Notes: generated by a model not told the origin, from the letters alone. A stretch of DNA of 64,000 nt from Gammaproteobacteria bacterium (GCA_965243205.1 CBDEUK010000002.1:1056001-1120000), one strand, 5' to 3'; positions 1 to 9,975 are shown, counted from the first letter of the stretch. A program made the numbers and translations.

Positions 1-513
1 AACTTTAGCGGTAGTTTTTTTTAATGATTCAATAAGGGCTAAGACAAAAGACACATCATAGCTAAGAGATTTATGTTCAAAAGAATAACGCCATTCTATG
101 AATGCATTACTTATTTCATTTAATTTATCAATGAATCCATCGTATTTACTGTAGTCACGATTAAACCTTTTGGTCGAAAATATATTACCTTTTGTATAGA
201 ATTGATTTAGGCTGATTGAATCATCAGAAAATACTTCTTGTTGGATTTCTTTTGGTAATTTCTCAAAGAGTTCATATATACTGTGTTTGTGTGGAACCTT
301 TCCATCTAGTTCATAATGAAGAGCTTTAATATAAAGCTCAACTGAAAAAGCCAAGCAAACAACATCAACTCCCATGATAGGTAACACACCAAATGCTTTT
401 AAATCAGAAGGATATTGTGATAATTTTTTTTCTCTATTAATCAGATCTTCATTACTTTCTTTCAATATTTGAAAAGCATTTAGAAAGTATTCGGCATATG
501 TTTGTAATAACAT
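1..513 (-). CDS. HEPN-domain protein, putative RNase effector (runs off window start, at least 171 aa)
   Basis: Not in ORF track. Manual translation from ATG at 513 is open to position 1: MLLQTYAEYFLNAF...CLAFSVELYIKALH...PHKHSIYELFEKLP...AFIEWRYSFEH...; E-x3-K-A helix, H-x-I-x2-L and WRY motifs typical of HEPN, with R-x4-H (RYSFEH). Confidence 0.7.
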   Translation of the reverse strand, partial: MLLQTYAEYFLNAFQILKESNEDLINREKKLSQYPSDLKAFGVLPIMGVDVVCLAFSVELYIKALHYELDGKVPHKHSIYELFEKLPKEIQQEVFSDDSISLNQFYTKGNIFSTKRFNRDYSKYDGFIDKLNEISNAFIEWRYSFEHKSLSYDVSFVLALIESLKKTTAKV

Positions 514-596
514 TACTTAATTCTCACTATATATATTAAAGGAACACGAATTTAATTTTTTTATTCTAACCCTCAATTCTTACAACTATAGTTTCA

Positions 597-2285
597 TCAA
601 GCATTTATGATTTTATTAATAATATCTAATATCTTTTTAAAGTTAGTAAATTCAATATTATTTTGATTTTTTCTAATTACTTCATGTGAAAAGATGTGTT
701 TACCATATTCATTTGTTTCATCAAAAGGGATGTTGTAATTAAAGCTTTTACCTGAAAGCTTTAAATCCATCCATTTTTTATCAAAATACTGCTCTATAAC
801 AGTATTTTTATTATTTAACTTTGGTATTAAGAAAAAATATAGATTTTCATATACATTTATGAATTCAGAGCCACTAGATGATATTTTATATTTTTTATAT
901 ATTGTTCTTTCTATATCTCTTCCAGCATCGTCATTATCTGCAATAATAATAACCTTTTTTTTATGAGACATATCTTTAAATTGTCTAATTGCTTTATCAT
1001 ACTGACTAACAAATTTTTTTAAATCTCCTACTCCACCACTCAATTCTAAAATTCTTTTATTAGTATTTGTATAATTAAAAAATACTAATTTATTTTCACC
1101 TTCTATAAGTGAAGGATATAGATTACGTAAAGACTTCAACGCACATTTAATATAAATATTATCAGTTTTTCCTTCACATATTATTATTGGTTTCTCATTT
1201 CTGAAAAAATATTTATAGAATAAAAATTTTTTAAAAACCCTTTCTCTTGAATTAAGAATATATTTGTTTTTTTGTTTATTATTGGAATCCATATCATTAA
1301 TGTAATTAAAGTTATCGGATTGATATATAAAACTTAATCTTCCATGTAATTTTTCAAGAGTTCCTTTTTCATTTTCTTTTTTTACTTTCCCATTATCATC
1401 TAAAGTAAGTTTTGGGTAGAAATATTCCCCAGTCTCGAAGACCGAATGACACATGGCTCTTACATTTTTCCAATACTCTTTAGTAGAATTTATTTTTTTA
1501 TTAACTACCAAGCCTGTCACATCCTGTCTAGACCAATAATATTGCATTCTTGTTTTTAAAGAATTTATTTTGAAATCAGCCTTGTAAATTTCTGATCGAA
1601 GATTTTCTCCTACATCCCATTTATTATTTTCTTTATTTAAAAACGCTATTCCAACAGGGAAACTGTTCTTATTTGTTGAGAAAGTAATATCATCAGCATA
1701 TCGGGAGTATTTACATCTATTATTTTTTGCTAGTTTTGCAAGCCGTATATCTAAAAAGTGGCATATCAAATTTGTAATAACTGGTGAACACGGACTACCC
1801 TGTGGTAGCGAATTATTATGGCATGCTATCTGAGCAATTATTGTTGCTATTTCTGGACATAATTCAAAATTCCTATTCTTTATAAAGTATCCTCTTACTC
1901 TTCCAAAGTGAATAGTTCCAAAAAAATCCTCTAAATCTATATTAAAAACATATCTTTTATTTTTATGAATTTTTGCATTAGTTAATATACTGTGCTTACG
2001 TCTGAAGCCATGTGAAAATGTTTTTTTAATATCTTTGTTTTTATTGATATCAGATATACAGTTGTGTAATAGAGTTGACAACCTTGCCTGTAGTAATTTT
2101 AGTTCTGGTCTAGGTGCACTAATAATTCTTTTACCACCAGTTCTTTTTGGAATCTCAAAATCTGTATATTTAACCTGCTGTTTTATTCCATAGATAATAT
2201 AAGCAAACTTTTTTGGCTCGTATCCAAGTGTAGTAGCTAATGAATGAAGTGAATCGCAAGATTTAAGTAGAATTAGACTGTCCAA
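597..2285 (-). CDS. Retron reverse transcriptase fused to C-terminal TOPRIM nuclease (Ec67/Eco2-like, type I-C)
   Basis: IPKRTGGKRII, region X NAKIH, DLEDFF, LPQGSPCSP, YADD, region Y VTGL; TOPRIM motifs ICEGKTD and ADND; TTG start with AAGGAAAGG RBS. Confidence 0.95.
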   Translation of the reverse strand: MDSLILLKSCDSLHSLATTLGYEPKKFAYIIYGIKQQVKYTDFEIPKRTGGKRIISAPRPELKLLQARLSTLLHNCISDINKNKDIKKTFSHGFRRKHSILTNAKIHKNKRYVFNIDLEDFFGTIHFGRVRGYFIKNRNFELCPEIATIIAQIACHNNSLPQGSPCSPVITNLICHFLDIRLAKLAKNNRCKYSRYADDITFSTNKNSFPVGIAFLNKENNKWDVGENLRSEIYKADFKINSLKTRMQYYWSRQDVTGLVVNKKINSTKEYWKNVRAMCHSVFETGEYFYPKLTLDDNGKVKKENEKGTLEKLHGRLSFIYQSDNFNYINDMDSNNKQKNKYILNSRERVFKKFLFYKYFFRNEKPIIICEGKTDNIYIKCALKSLRNLYPSLIEGENKLVFFNYTNTNKRILELSGGVGDLKKFVSQYDKAIRQFKDMSHKKKVIIIADNDDAGRDIERTIYKKYKISSSGSEFINVYENLYFFLIPKLNNKNTVIEQYFDKKWMDLKLSGKSFNYNIPFDETNEYGKHIFSHEVIRKNQNNIEFTNFKKILDIINKIINA

Positions 2286-2305
2286 TTTACCTTTCCTTGA
2301 AAAAA

Positions 2306-2434
2306 GGGCTTATAGGTACTCTTATGCACGCTAGGGTCACGAGGATTGCTAGCCAAAGCGCCAGTGGGAGCAATTCCCTCTGACAATGTTTTCACCTATC
2401 ACGAATCATGATAGAAAAATCTACCTATAAGCCC
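2306..2434 (-). ncRNA. Retron msr-msd non-coding RNA
   Basis: Perfect 13-bp inverted repeat GGGCTTATAGGTA (2306-2318) / TACCTATAAGCCC (2422-2434); G immediately after the 5' repeat (2421) is the predicted branching G; msr stem-loop CTATCATG-ATT-CGTGATAG (2396-2414); msd hairpins GCTAG..CTAGC and GGGA..TCCC; lies directly upstream of the RT. Confidence 0.92.
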
Positions 2435-2442
2435 ATATTGAA

Positions 2443-2471
2443 ATCCTAAATACCTTTTAAAATTGTTTCAA
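2443..2471 (-). promoter_or_regulatory. Sigma70 promoter of the retron transcript
   Basis: TTGAAA-17 nt-TAGGAT ending 8 nt before the ncRNA 5' repeat. Confidence 0.65.
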
Positions 2472-2565
2472 TGAATAAAAGAGGTCTGACTCTATTGATT
2501 TTCCATTGGGTACGAAAAAAACTGAGACGCTACAAAACAGCATCGCTTGCAAAAAATCTATATAT

Positions 2566-2601
2566 GGGACAAAATTTGACATATTGTCATAATTTATTCC
2601 C
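2566..2601. promoter_or_regulatory. Palindromic operator upstream of the HTH-methyltransferase
   Basis: TGACA-TAT-TGTCA (2577-2589) inside a wider GGGA...TCCC dyad; core GACAnATTGTC resembles the M.SsoII operator as recalled. Confidence 0.55.
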
Positions 2602-2616
2602 AAAAAAATTAATAAT

Positions 2617-3870
2617 ATGCTGACTACAGAATTTTCACGGCTTCGTAGCCAAACGGGCCTTTCAATCGACGAGCTTACAGATCCACTCGGTTATTCTGCG
2701 AGAACATTGTATCGGTGGGAAAAAGGCGAAACCAAAGCCCGGGATGCAGCGCTTGAATATTTAAGAAATCTAGCTCATGGTAAATCACTGAAAAGCGCTG
2801 AGCCGAGTTTCACATTCATTGATCTATTTGCAGGTATTGGTGGATTACGCAAAGGATTTGAAACCATTGGTGGTAAGTGCGTATTTACAAGCGAATGGAA
2901 TAAATACTCCCAGCTTACCTATAAGGCAAATTTTAATTGTGATCATGATATTCAAGGCGACATCACACAAATACCTGCGCATGCAATACCTGCACATGAT
3001 CTGCTTCTCGCCGGGTTTCCATGTCAGCCCTTTTCAATCGCAGGTGTCTCCAAAAAGAATTCCCTAAAAAGACCACACGGTTTTCGTTGTGATGCTCAAG
3101 GCACTCTGTTTTTTGATGTTGCAAGAATTATCGAACACCATCGGCCTGAAGCTTTTCTTCTCGAAAATGTTAAAAACCTTGTGAACCATGACAAGGGCAA
3201 TACGTTCAAGGTCATACATCGAACACTCACGGAAGAACTGGGCTACAACATTAGCTACAAAGTTGTAGATGCACAACACTGGGTACCTCAACATCGTGAG
3301 CGTATTTTTATCGTAGGTTTTCGCAATGAAACAGGTTTTTCACTAGATGGTTTGACACTACCAACTAATGATAATAGTCCTGTTCTTTCTTCTATTCTTC
3401 ACCCTCTGGATGGCACTGATGAGTGTGAAGCCAATAACAGGTTTCTCAATCAAAAAAATGCCAAACCCCATGAAAAGTACACACTTTCAGACAAGCTCTG
3501 GGAATATCTTCAGGGCTATGCTGAAAAGCACCGGGCCAAAGGGAATGGTTTTGGTTTTGGTCTGGTTGGTCCCAATGATATCAGCCGTACACTTTCAGCA
3601 AGATACTACAAAGATGGTTCAGAAATTTTAATTAAACAACGTCGGAGAAACCCCAGACGCCTCACCCCAAGAGAGTGTTCGAGATTAATGGGTTTTGATG
3701 CACCGGGAGAAAGTGATTTCATCATTCCTGTATCGGATACACAAAGTTATAAACAGTTTGGTAATGCTGTTGTTGTGCCGGTTGTAACCTCGATTGCTAA
3801 ATTGATGGAACCATGGCTTATTGTCGATGAAGCAAAGCAATCACAAAGGGAACTGTTTGCAGTTGGTTGA
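2617..3870 (+). CDS. dcm: C5-cytosine DNA methyltransferase (Dcm/M.EcoRII-like, probably CCWGG) with N-terminal XRE HTH
   Basis: [31 protein letters not shown], Dcm-type [34 protein letters not shown]; N-terminal [22 protein letters not shown]. Confidence 0.93.
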   Translation: MLTTEFSRLRSQTGLSIDELTDPLGYSARTLYRWEKGETKARDAALEYLRNLAHGKSLKSAEPSFTFIDLFAGIGGLRKGFETIGGKCVFTSEWNKYSQLTYKANFNCDHDIQGDITQIPAHAIPAHDLLLAGFPCQPFSIAGVSKKNSLKRPHGFRCDAQGTLFFDVARIIEHHRPEAFLLENVKNLVNHDKGNTFKVIHRTLTEELGYNISYKVVDAQHWVPQHRERIFIVGFRNETGFSLDGLTLPTNDNSPVLSSILHPLDGTDECEANNRFLNQKNAKPHEKYTLSDKLWEYLQGYAEKHRAKGNGFGFGLVGPNDISRTLSARYYKDGSEILIKQRRRNPRRLTPRECSRLMGFDAPGESDFIIPVSDTQSYKQFGNAVVVPVVTSIAKLMEPWLIVDEAKQSQRELFAVG

Positions 3871-4315
3871 TGTCGTAAGCCCTGAAAAACGCAGCCAGAT
3901 GATGGCTGGTATTAAGGGAAAAGATACCAAACCGGAAGTTATTATTCGTCGTGCCCTATTTAAACAGGGATTTAGATACAGGATAAATGACAGATCCCTA
4001 CCGGGGAAACCTGATATTGTATTAAAGAAATACAATGCGATTATTCAGGTGAACGGATGTTTCTGGCATGGCCACGACTGCCATCTTTTCAAATGGCCAT
4101 CAACCCGACCTGAATTCTGGAAAGAAAAAATTAGCAGAAACAAAACTAATGATCGGAAAAAACTAGAGAAACTTCGAGAGCTGGGCTGGCGCGCACTGAT
4201 AGTCTGGGAATGTGCCCTTCGAGGCAAGACAAAACTCGAATTTGAAAGCCTGTTGAATGATGTTTCTCTCTGGATAATCTCTGACACCACATTCATGGAA
4301 ATACGGGGAAAATAG
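3863..4315 (+). CDS. vsr: Very short patch repair endonuclease
   Basis: [42 protein letters not shown]; likely TTG start at 3863 overlapping the dcm stop. Confidence 0.93.
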   Translation: MVDVVSPEKRSQMMAGIKGKDTKPEVIIRRALFKQGFRYRINDRSLPGKPDIVLKKYNAIIQVNGCFWHGHDCHLFKWPSTRPEFWKEKISRNKTNDRKKLEKLRELGWRALIVWECALRGKTKLEFESLLNDVSLWIISDTTFMEIRGK

Positions 4316-5527
4316 ATGCTGAACTCGGTAACAGACTGGCTGGAAGACGTCTCAGGCAATGACTTCATCTGGTATGTGAAACGGCTTTCGGGCAATGACA
4401 CACTTGCAAACGGATCACATCAGGCAGGACCTTATTTACCAAACTCAGTTTTTTTTGAAATCTTTCCAAGTACTGATGGAATGACCCAAGAAAATCAAAA
4501 GCGCGAACTAGAATGTTACACGGATTCGCATGGAGATTACGCTAAGATCTGCGGCACTTGGTATAATAATAAATTCAGGGAAGGCACCCGAAACGAAACC
4601 CGTCTCACTGGATTTGGTGGGCAAGACTCAGCCATTCTTGATCCGGAAAGCACTGGAGCACTTACTGTCTTTGCCTTTAGAAAAGATAATAGAAATGATG
4701 CGTATGAGTGTCATGTCTGGGTTAGCAGACATGAAACAGAAGAAGATGTTATTGAAGACAGGATTGGGCCAGTTGAACCCAGTGAATGGAGGCTATGGCG
4801 ACCGGAATTTTCAACAGGAACCGGGCCGGAACGCACTAACCCCTGCTGGCTGGCTAATGAAGACATACCAAATGGCTGGCTTGAAACCTTCCCATCAGGA
4901 GCAGATATCATCAAAAAAACTCTGGAGTTAAGGCCAATCGGTGAGACTGATCCTGACACGCGCCTCATTAAAAGACGCCAATGTGAATATGATATTTTTA
5001 GAAGCCTTGAGGAAGCTGTTGAATTGCCGGTTATTCTCAAAGGCTTTAATTCTTTGGATGATTTTGTAGGTAAAGCCCAATCCATTCTTCAACGCCGTAA
5101 ATCACGTTCAGGTAGATCATTGGAACTTCATGCAAAAGAAATCTTTCTTGAGGAAAACTTTGAAGCTGACGTTGATTTTTCTCATCAACCTGTAACGGAA
5201 CAAAATAAAAAGCCGGATTTTTTATTTCCCTCTTTCAAGCATTATCATGACAGCTCTTTTCCAGAAGAAAATTTGAGAATGCTGGCCGTCAAAACCTCAT
5301 GCAAAGACAGATGGAGGCAAATACTCAATGAAGCTGACAGAATAAAAACCAAACATTTATTGACCCTGCAGGAAGGGATCTCGGAAAATCAATTTGAAGA
5401 AATGAAAAAACAAAATGTCCAGCTTGTAGTCCCGGAACCTATTATCAGTAAATATCCCGGCAGCGTACAGCCCCACATTCAAACATTTGAAAGCTTTATA
5501 GGCGATATACGGTTATTAAAAATATAG
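4316..5527 (+). CDS. EcoRII-family type IIE restriction endonuclease
   Basis: N-terminal effector domain YVKRLSGNDT..GSHQAGPYLP; catalytic RRKSRSGRSLE, KKPDFLFP, LAVKTSCKDRWRQILNEADRI. Confidence 0.92.
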   Translation: MLNSVTDWLEDVSGNDFIWYVKRLSGNDTLANGSHQAGPYLPNSVFFEIFPSTDGMTQENQKRELECYTDSHGDYAKICGTWYNNKFREGTRNETRLTGFGGQDSAILDPESTGALTVFAFRKDNRNDAYECHVWVSRHETEEDVIEDRIGPVEPSEWRLWRPEFSTGTGPERTNPCWLANEDIPNGWLETFPSGADIIKKTLELRPIGETDPDTRLIKRRQCEYDIFRSLEEAVELPVILKGFNSLDDFVGKAQSILQRRKSRSGRSLELHAKEIFLEENFEADVDFSHQPVTEQNKKPDFLFPSFKHYHDSSFPEENLRMLAVKTSCKDRWRQILNEADRIKTKHLLTLQEGISENQFEEMKKQNVQLVVPEPIISKYPGSVQPHIQTFESFIGDIRLLKI

Positions 5528-5546
5528 AAATCTGTGCTTGGGTGGG

Positions 5547-5576
5547 TGGTGCGGGCTCTTTCAGGCCCGCGCACCA
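5547..5576. other. GC-rich hairpin after the restriction gene, near the right edge of the defence island
   Basis: TGGTGCGGGC..GCCCGCGCACCA stem with no U-tract. Confidence 0.4.
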
Positions 5577-5748
5577 GAATTAGGATACTACCAGAACAGC
5601 GACTGCTGCCAGCCATAGAAATTCAAGATTCAAGAACACCCACTATACACAGGATTATTTATAAATCCACTAATGAATATCATTAAAAATATAAACAAGG
5701 ATAACAAACTAATATAGTGATTGTACGGCAAAAGGACTATTTTTTTGC

Positions 5749-5775
5749 AAAAAAACCGGTGACTCTCATCACCGG
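5749..5775 (-). terminator. Intrinsic terminator of the serine-cycle operon
   Basis: CCGGTGA/TCACCGG stem followed by a T7 run on the minus strand. Confidence 0.8.
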
Positions 5776-5804
5776 CTTATTTATTTTCTAAGTATTTGAA
5801 AGAC

Positions 5805-7178
5805 TTATCTTCCGTATACATCAATCCCTGGAAGCGGACGGTGATACTTAACAACATTAGAATAAGCTTCCGTCGCAGCAGCAATACCTTTTGCAGCATC
5901 AACTGGAATGCCTGCTTCTTCACATGATAGTAAGAAAGCAATCGATGCTTGTAATGCGTGTTGTGGTTGAATACCACCTGTTGCACATAAACGCCAACCT
6001 AAGTCAGGTGCGCCTGGGATACCCGCTGCTTCTACCGCGTGTTTGTTGAACATGATTCTTAACACATGGAAGATTTCTTTTTCGCCAAAACCTTCTGGTG
6101 CTTTAACGGCGGTTACTGCGTTTGAACGAGTATGCTCATCTTTAGCCACTAGCTCTAAACCTGCGCCGAATACTGCCGCACGGAAAACCTCAGAACATTC
6201 TTTATGACGTTCACAAACACGATCAATACCTTCAATCGCAAGTAAGTCTAACGCTGCTGCGAATTGCGCGTAGTTTCCTGGTGTTTCAAGGTGAAGACCT
6301 GTGCTGTCCATTGCATCTATCATTTTGGTTAGATGTAAATAGTGTTGGCCTTTTTTGATGCCTGCATCCGCTAAGGCTTTGTCGGCTTCGTAAATTCTTT
6401 CGACCGCTTTCGGGCTTAGAGTTAACATGCCGATACCTGGGGTACCCATGATACCTTTTTGGCTACAACCAACTAACATATCGATGCCCATATCGGTCAT
6501 GTCCGCTGGCATACTGCCGATAGCTGAAATACCGTCGATCATAAGTAGTGCTGGGTGATTAAGATCATCCAACATTTTGCGGATTTTCTTAGGATCGGTT
6601 GTTACGCCTGCGCCTGTTTCGTTCAGTGGCGCCATGACTAATTGGATTTTATGCTCGGTATCTTTTTCAAGTACTTCGCGACATCTATCCAATGGTAAGT
6701 CGTCACCGATTTCGCCTTTTAAACGAACCACGTTTCTGCCCATGTTTTCAACACAGATACCCATCCAGGTACTGAACGCACCAATTTCCATGGTAACAAC
6801 GGCTGTGTCATCAGAATTAATTTCTTCAGGGAAACGACAAGAACCTGCAACGGCTTCTGTACCAGTAGTACCAGAACCTGTGAAGAACAATGAACGACCG
6901 CCTTCTTGCATGCCAACCATCTTGCCGTAGTCTGCACGTACTGCTGTAAAGAATTCAGCAACGCCTGGGCCACGCATACCGCGTGTTTGTTGAGATGAAA
7001 ATTGTGTGACCAATTCCGATCCAAACGCAGGGCCTGGAGTTACGTTGATGATTTTGTTATGTGGTGACCAGACAGGATCCTTATCTTTAAGGAAATCATC
7101 AGGTGCTTCAATCTGATCTGATTCAATAAGATGTCTAAGTCCGGAAATTGGCGAGATAAATTCATTCGACATTTTCAT
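5805..7178 (-). CDS. sga: Class V PLP aminotransferase, probable serine-glyoxylate aminotransferase
   Basis: TPGP, GSGT, NETGAG, IDGISAIG, GCSQKG (PLP lysine); last gene of the mcl-mtk-hpr-ppc operon. Confidence 0.7.
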   Translation of the reverse strand: MKMSNEFISPISGLRHLIESDQIEAPDDFLKDKDPVWSPHNKIINVTPGPAFGSELVTQFSSQQTRGMRGPGVAEFFTAVRADYGKMVGMQEGGRSLFFTGSGTTGTEAVAGSCRFPEEINSDDTAVVTMEIGAFSTWMGICVENMGRNVVRLKGEIGDDLPLDRCREVLEKDTEHKIQLVMAPLNETGAGVTTDPKKIRKMLDDLNHPALLMIDGISAIGSMPADMTDMGIDMLVGCSQKGIMGTPGIGMLTLSPKAVERIYEADKALADAGIKKGQHYLHLTKMIDAMDSTGLHLETPGNYAQFAAALDLLAIEGIDRVCERHKECSEVFRAAVFGAGLELVAKDEHTRSNAVTAVKAPEGFGEKEIFHVLRIMFNKHAVEAAGIPGAPDLGWRLCATGGIQPQHALQASIAFLLSCEEAGIPVDAAKGIAAATEAYSNVVKYHRPLPGIDVYGR

Positions 7179-7230
7179 TTGCTCCTAAGTTTCTATAGTT
7201 TCTAGTTCTTTATAATAATTAATAATCTGC

Positions 7231-9975
7231 TTAGCCTGTCCAACCTAGGCCCGATGAAACACAGTTGATCGAAAGCAGCAGCGATATTAATTCTTTCTTC
7301 GCTTGCTCTGGATCGTCACATTCTCTGTATTTCTTAACTAATTTAACTTGTTTTAAACCAACCCGTTTTAAAATTGGCGCACGTCGTTCTAGCTTGCGTT
7401 TGAAGCGAGCAAAACGTGTACCTAATTCTTTTTCGCCCGTAATTTTCAAAATGGCAGCTTTGGTTTTTTCATACTCTTCTTCGATCATTGAAAAAACGCG
7501 ATTACGTAAATCGACATCTTCAACCAATTCTGAATACGCTTTCGATACTTCCATATCGGTTAAGCAGATGGTTTTTTCTAATTCATCAATTACTAATTTG
7601 AAGATGCGTGAATGTTCAAACATTTCTTTCAGCAATTCTTCACCGCGTTCGCCACGTACTTTGATGAATTGTTCTATCGCAGAACCGACGCCAAACCAAC
7701 CTGTCACCATATGACGATTTTGTGTCCAAGCAAATACCCAAGGGATTGCTCGTAAGTCATTCAATGATTTTGCACCGAAACGACGGGCAGGACGTGAACC
7801 GATGTTCATCTTAGCCAGTTCTTCTACTGGGCTCGCTGCGTTGTAGTAATCAATTAAATTTTCAGTTTCGAATAAACGACGATACTCAACAAACGCCATT
7901 GATGATAACGCTTCTAAGGCTTCATCAAATTCGGCTTTGCTTTGCGATTCTTTTTCATTCATTTCAGTTAATGAATGTTGGAATACACTCGCCGCCAATA
8001 ATTCCATTTCAAATTCAGCCGTTCCTTGGTTAGCAAATTTGCTAGAGACCACTTCACCTTGTTCGGTGATACGCATTTTACCTTTTATCGAACCGACTGG
8101 TTGTGCCGCAATCGCATAACCTGTTGGTGCACCACCACGCGAAACTGAACCACCGCGCCCATGGAAAAAGGTCAATTGTATACCAGCTTCTTCGCCCGTT
8201 TTGGTTAAGTTACTTTGTGCCTTGGTCAATTCCCAATTCGATGTGAAGAAACCACCATCTTTATTCGAATCGGAATAACCGATCATGACTTCTTGTGAAC
8301 CACCTTCACCTTGGTCCTTAATAGAACGTTTGATCAATGGTGTGTTTAATAACTCTTTCATAATGCCTGGAGCATTACGTAAGTCATCAATGGTTTCGAA
8401 TAGAGGAACAATTGGAATACGACAGAAATCGATACTTTGTTCATCACCAAACAAACCACCGTATTTCGCTAATAAGTAAACGCCTAAAATATCATTCACT
8501 GATTGCGTCATACTTAAGATGATATGGCCAAAGGCTTCGTCATCTAATTCATTCCAACAATCTCTTACCATACGAAACATACCAAAGGTAGAAACGGAAC
8601 GTTCATCTAAGGTGGTAAATTCTGGAAGGACTTTTAATGGTCGTGCTAATTCATCACGTAACCATTGACCCCACTCTTCCGATTCTAAAGAAGGTGCTTC
8701 TTTACCACCGTTAAGCGCTGACCAAATTTCTTGTAAGGTGTGATTAACAGTTTGACTGTTTTCACGTAAGTCTAATCGGACTGTGCAGAAACGGAACGCT
8801 TGTGCTTCACGACGTAATGGTTTCACCATCGCTTTAGCAAGATGTTCGCACTTCGCATCGAATAAAGTACATTCCATTAATCGCAAGTCACTAATAAATT
8901 CTTCGACTGAGTTGTATTTGTTTTCTGTTTCTTCTTCAGTCGCTTCGATCTTCGTTAATAAACATGTTGCATACTGACGGAAGATCTCACCAGGATTTCG
9001 TTTCTTTAAGAAATCATCTTCATATAAGGTTTCAGCTAATTCTGTTAAACGTTGAACAAAGTCTTCGTTTACATCAATGGTGTATTTAGAAACACTTAAA
9101 TTATCAATGATGTTCTTTAAACGTTTTTTATAATGCGCTAATGAAGCGTTACGATTACTTTTTAAAGTATTGTAGGTAACTTCATTGGTTACAAACGGAT
9201 TACCATCACGGTCACCACCAATCCAACAACCAAAACGATAGAATGGTTTGTAATCAAAATCATTCTCAGGATAGTTATGACTGATAGCCGATTCTAAATT
9301 ACCAATAAGATCAGAAACACGTTCAAATAAGGTTTGCTCGAAGAAATGTAAACCCCAAGCCACTTCCATATCCACAGAAGGTTTTTCTAAACGTAGTTCA
9401 CCCGTTAACCATAACAAGTCGATTTCATTACGTAATTGTTCTTTAAACTCATCACGCTCACGATCTGTCCAACGTGGGCTTTCGAGTAAATACAACAACA
9501 CATAAATGCGTCGATGAATTTCTAAAACGGTAACACGTTTTGCTTCTGTTGGATGTGCAGTAATGGTTGGACGAATGTGTGCGTTATCCAATAACTCTTG
9601 GATATTTTCTTTAGTAACGCCACGTTCTTTCGCATCGTGAAACACTTTATGAAAAGTGCCAGGTACGTATTCCATACCCAGTTTCTTTTCTGTTTGACGA
9701 CGTCGACGCATCGCCGTGTTTTCTTCAGCGATGTTTAATAAATGAAAATAAATACTCCAGGCTTGAAGTGTATTTTCTAATGCATCGTCATCATCATCAG
9801 GGATCAGCTTTTCGCCACTGTAATACGGCTCGATTTCAGGTTTACGTAAATCGACAATCGATGTTAATTGCGATTCAAGTAATTTAACTAAATCTTTCGC
9901 ATAAGCTGCAGCTGCGATATCGATATCATCTTGAGCGCTCAGCTGTTCTGGAGACTCTACTGCTTTTGTATTCAT
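7231..9975 (-). CDS. ppc: Phosphoenolpyruvate carboxylase
   Basis: TAHPTE, WIGGDRDGNP, VMIGYSDSNKDGG, FHGRGGSVSRGG, LRAIPWVFAWTQ. Confidence 0.97.
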   Translation of the reverse strand: MNTKAVESPEQLSAQDDIDIAAAAYAKDLVKLLESQLTSIVDLRKPEIEPYYSGEKLIPDDDDDALENTLQAWSIYFHLLNIAEENTAMRRRRQTEKKLGMEYVPGTFHKVFHDAKERGVTKENIQELLDNAHIRPTITAHPTEAKRVTVLEIHRRIYVLLYLLESPRWTDRERDEFKEQLRNEIDLLWLTGELRLEKPSVDMEVAWGLHFFEQTLFERVSDLIGNLESAISHNYPENDFDYKPFYRFGCWIGGDRDGNPFVTNEVTYNTLKSNRNASLAHYKKRLKNIIDNLSVSKYTIDVNEDFVQRLTELAETLYEDDFLKKRNPGEIFRQYATCLLTKIEATEEETENKYNSVEEFISDLRLMECTLFDAKCEHLAKAMVKPLRREAQAFRFCTVRLDLRENSQTVNHTLQEIWSALNGGKEAPSLESEEWGQWLRDELARPLKVLPEFTTLDERSVSTFGMFRMVRDCWNELDDEAFGHIILSMTQSVNDILGVYLLAKYGGLFGDEQSIDFCRIPIVPLFETIDDLRNAPGIMKELLNTPLIKRSIKDQGEGGSQEVMIGYSDSNKDGGFFTSNWELTKAQSNLTKTGEEAGIQLTFFHGRGGSVSRGGAPTGYAIAAQPVGSIKGKMRITEQGEVVSSKFANQGTAEFEMELLAASVFQHSLTEMNEKESQSKAEFDEALEALSSMAFVEYRRLFETENLIDYYNAASPVEELAKMNIGSRPARRFGAKSLNDLRAIPWVFAWTQNRHMVTGWFGVGSAIEQFIKVRGERGEELLKEMFEHSRIFKLVIDELEKTICLTDMEVSKAYSELVEDVDLRNRVFSMIEEEYEKTKAAILKITGEKELGTRFARFKRKLERRAPILKRVGLKQVKLVKKYRECDDPEQAKKELISLLLSINCVSSGLGWTG

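Noticed and set aside
2320-2384. Idea that the neighbouring Dcm methylates the msDNA and so triggers or licenses the retron
   Set aside because: The predicted msDNA has no CCWGG; the closest is CCAGTGG
3821-3862. ORF-track N-terminal extension of vsr
   Set aside because: Vsr similarity starts at V-D-V; TTG at 3863 overlapping the dcm stop is more plausible
5547-5576. Hairpin ending in CACCA as a tRNA/tmRNA 3' remnant (att site)
   Set aside because: No TTCRA T-loop or cloverleaf, and no integrase in the window
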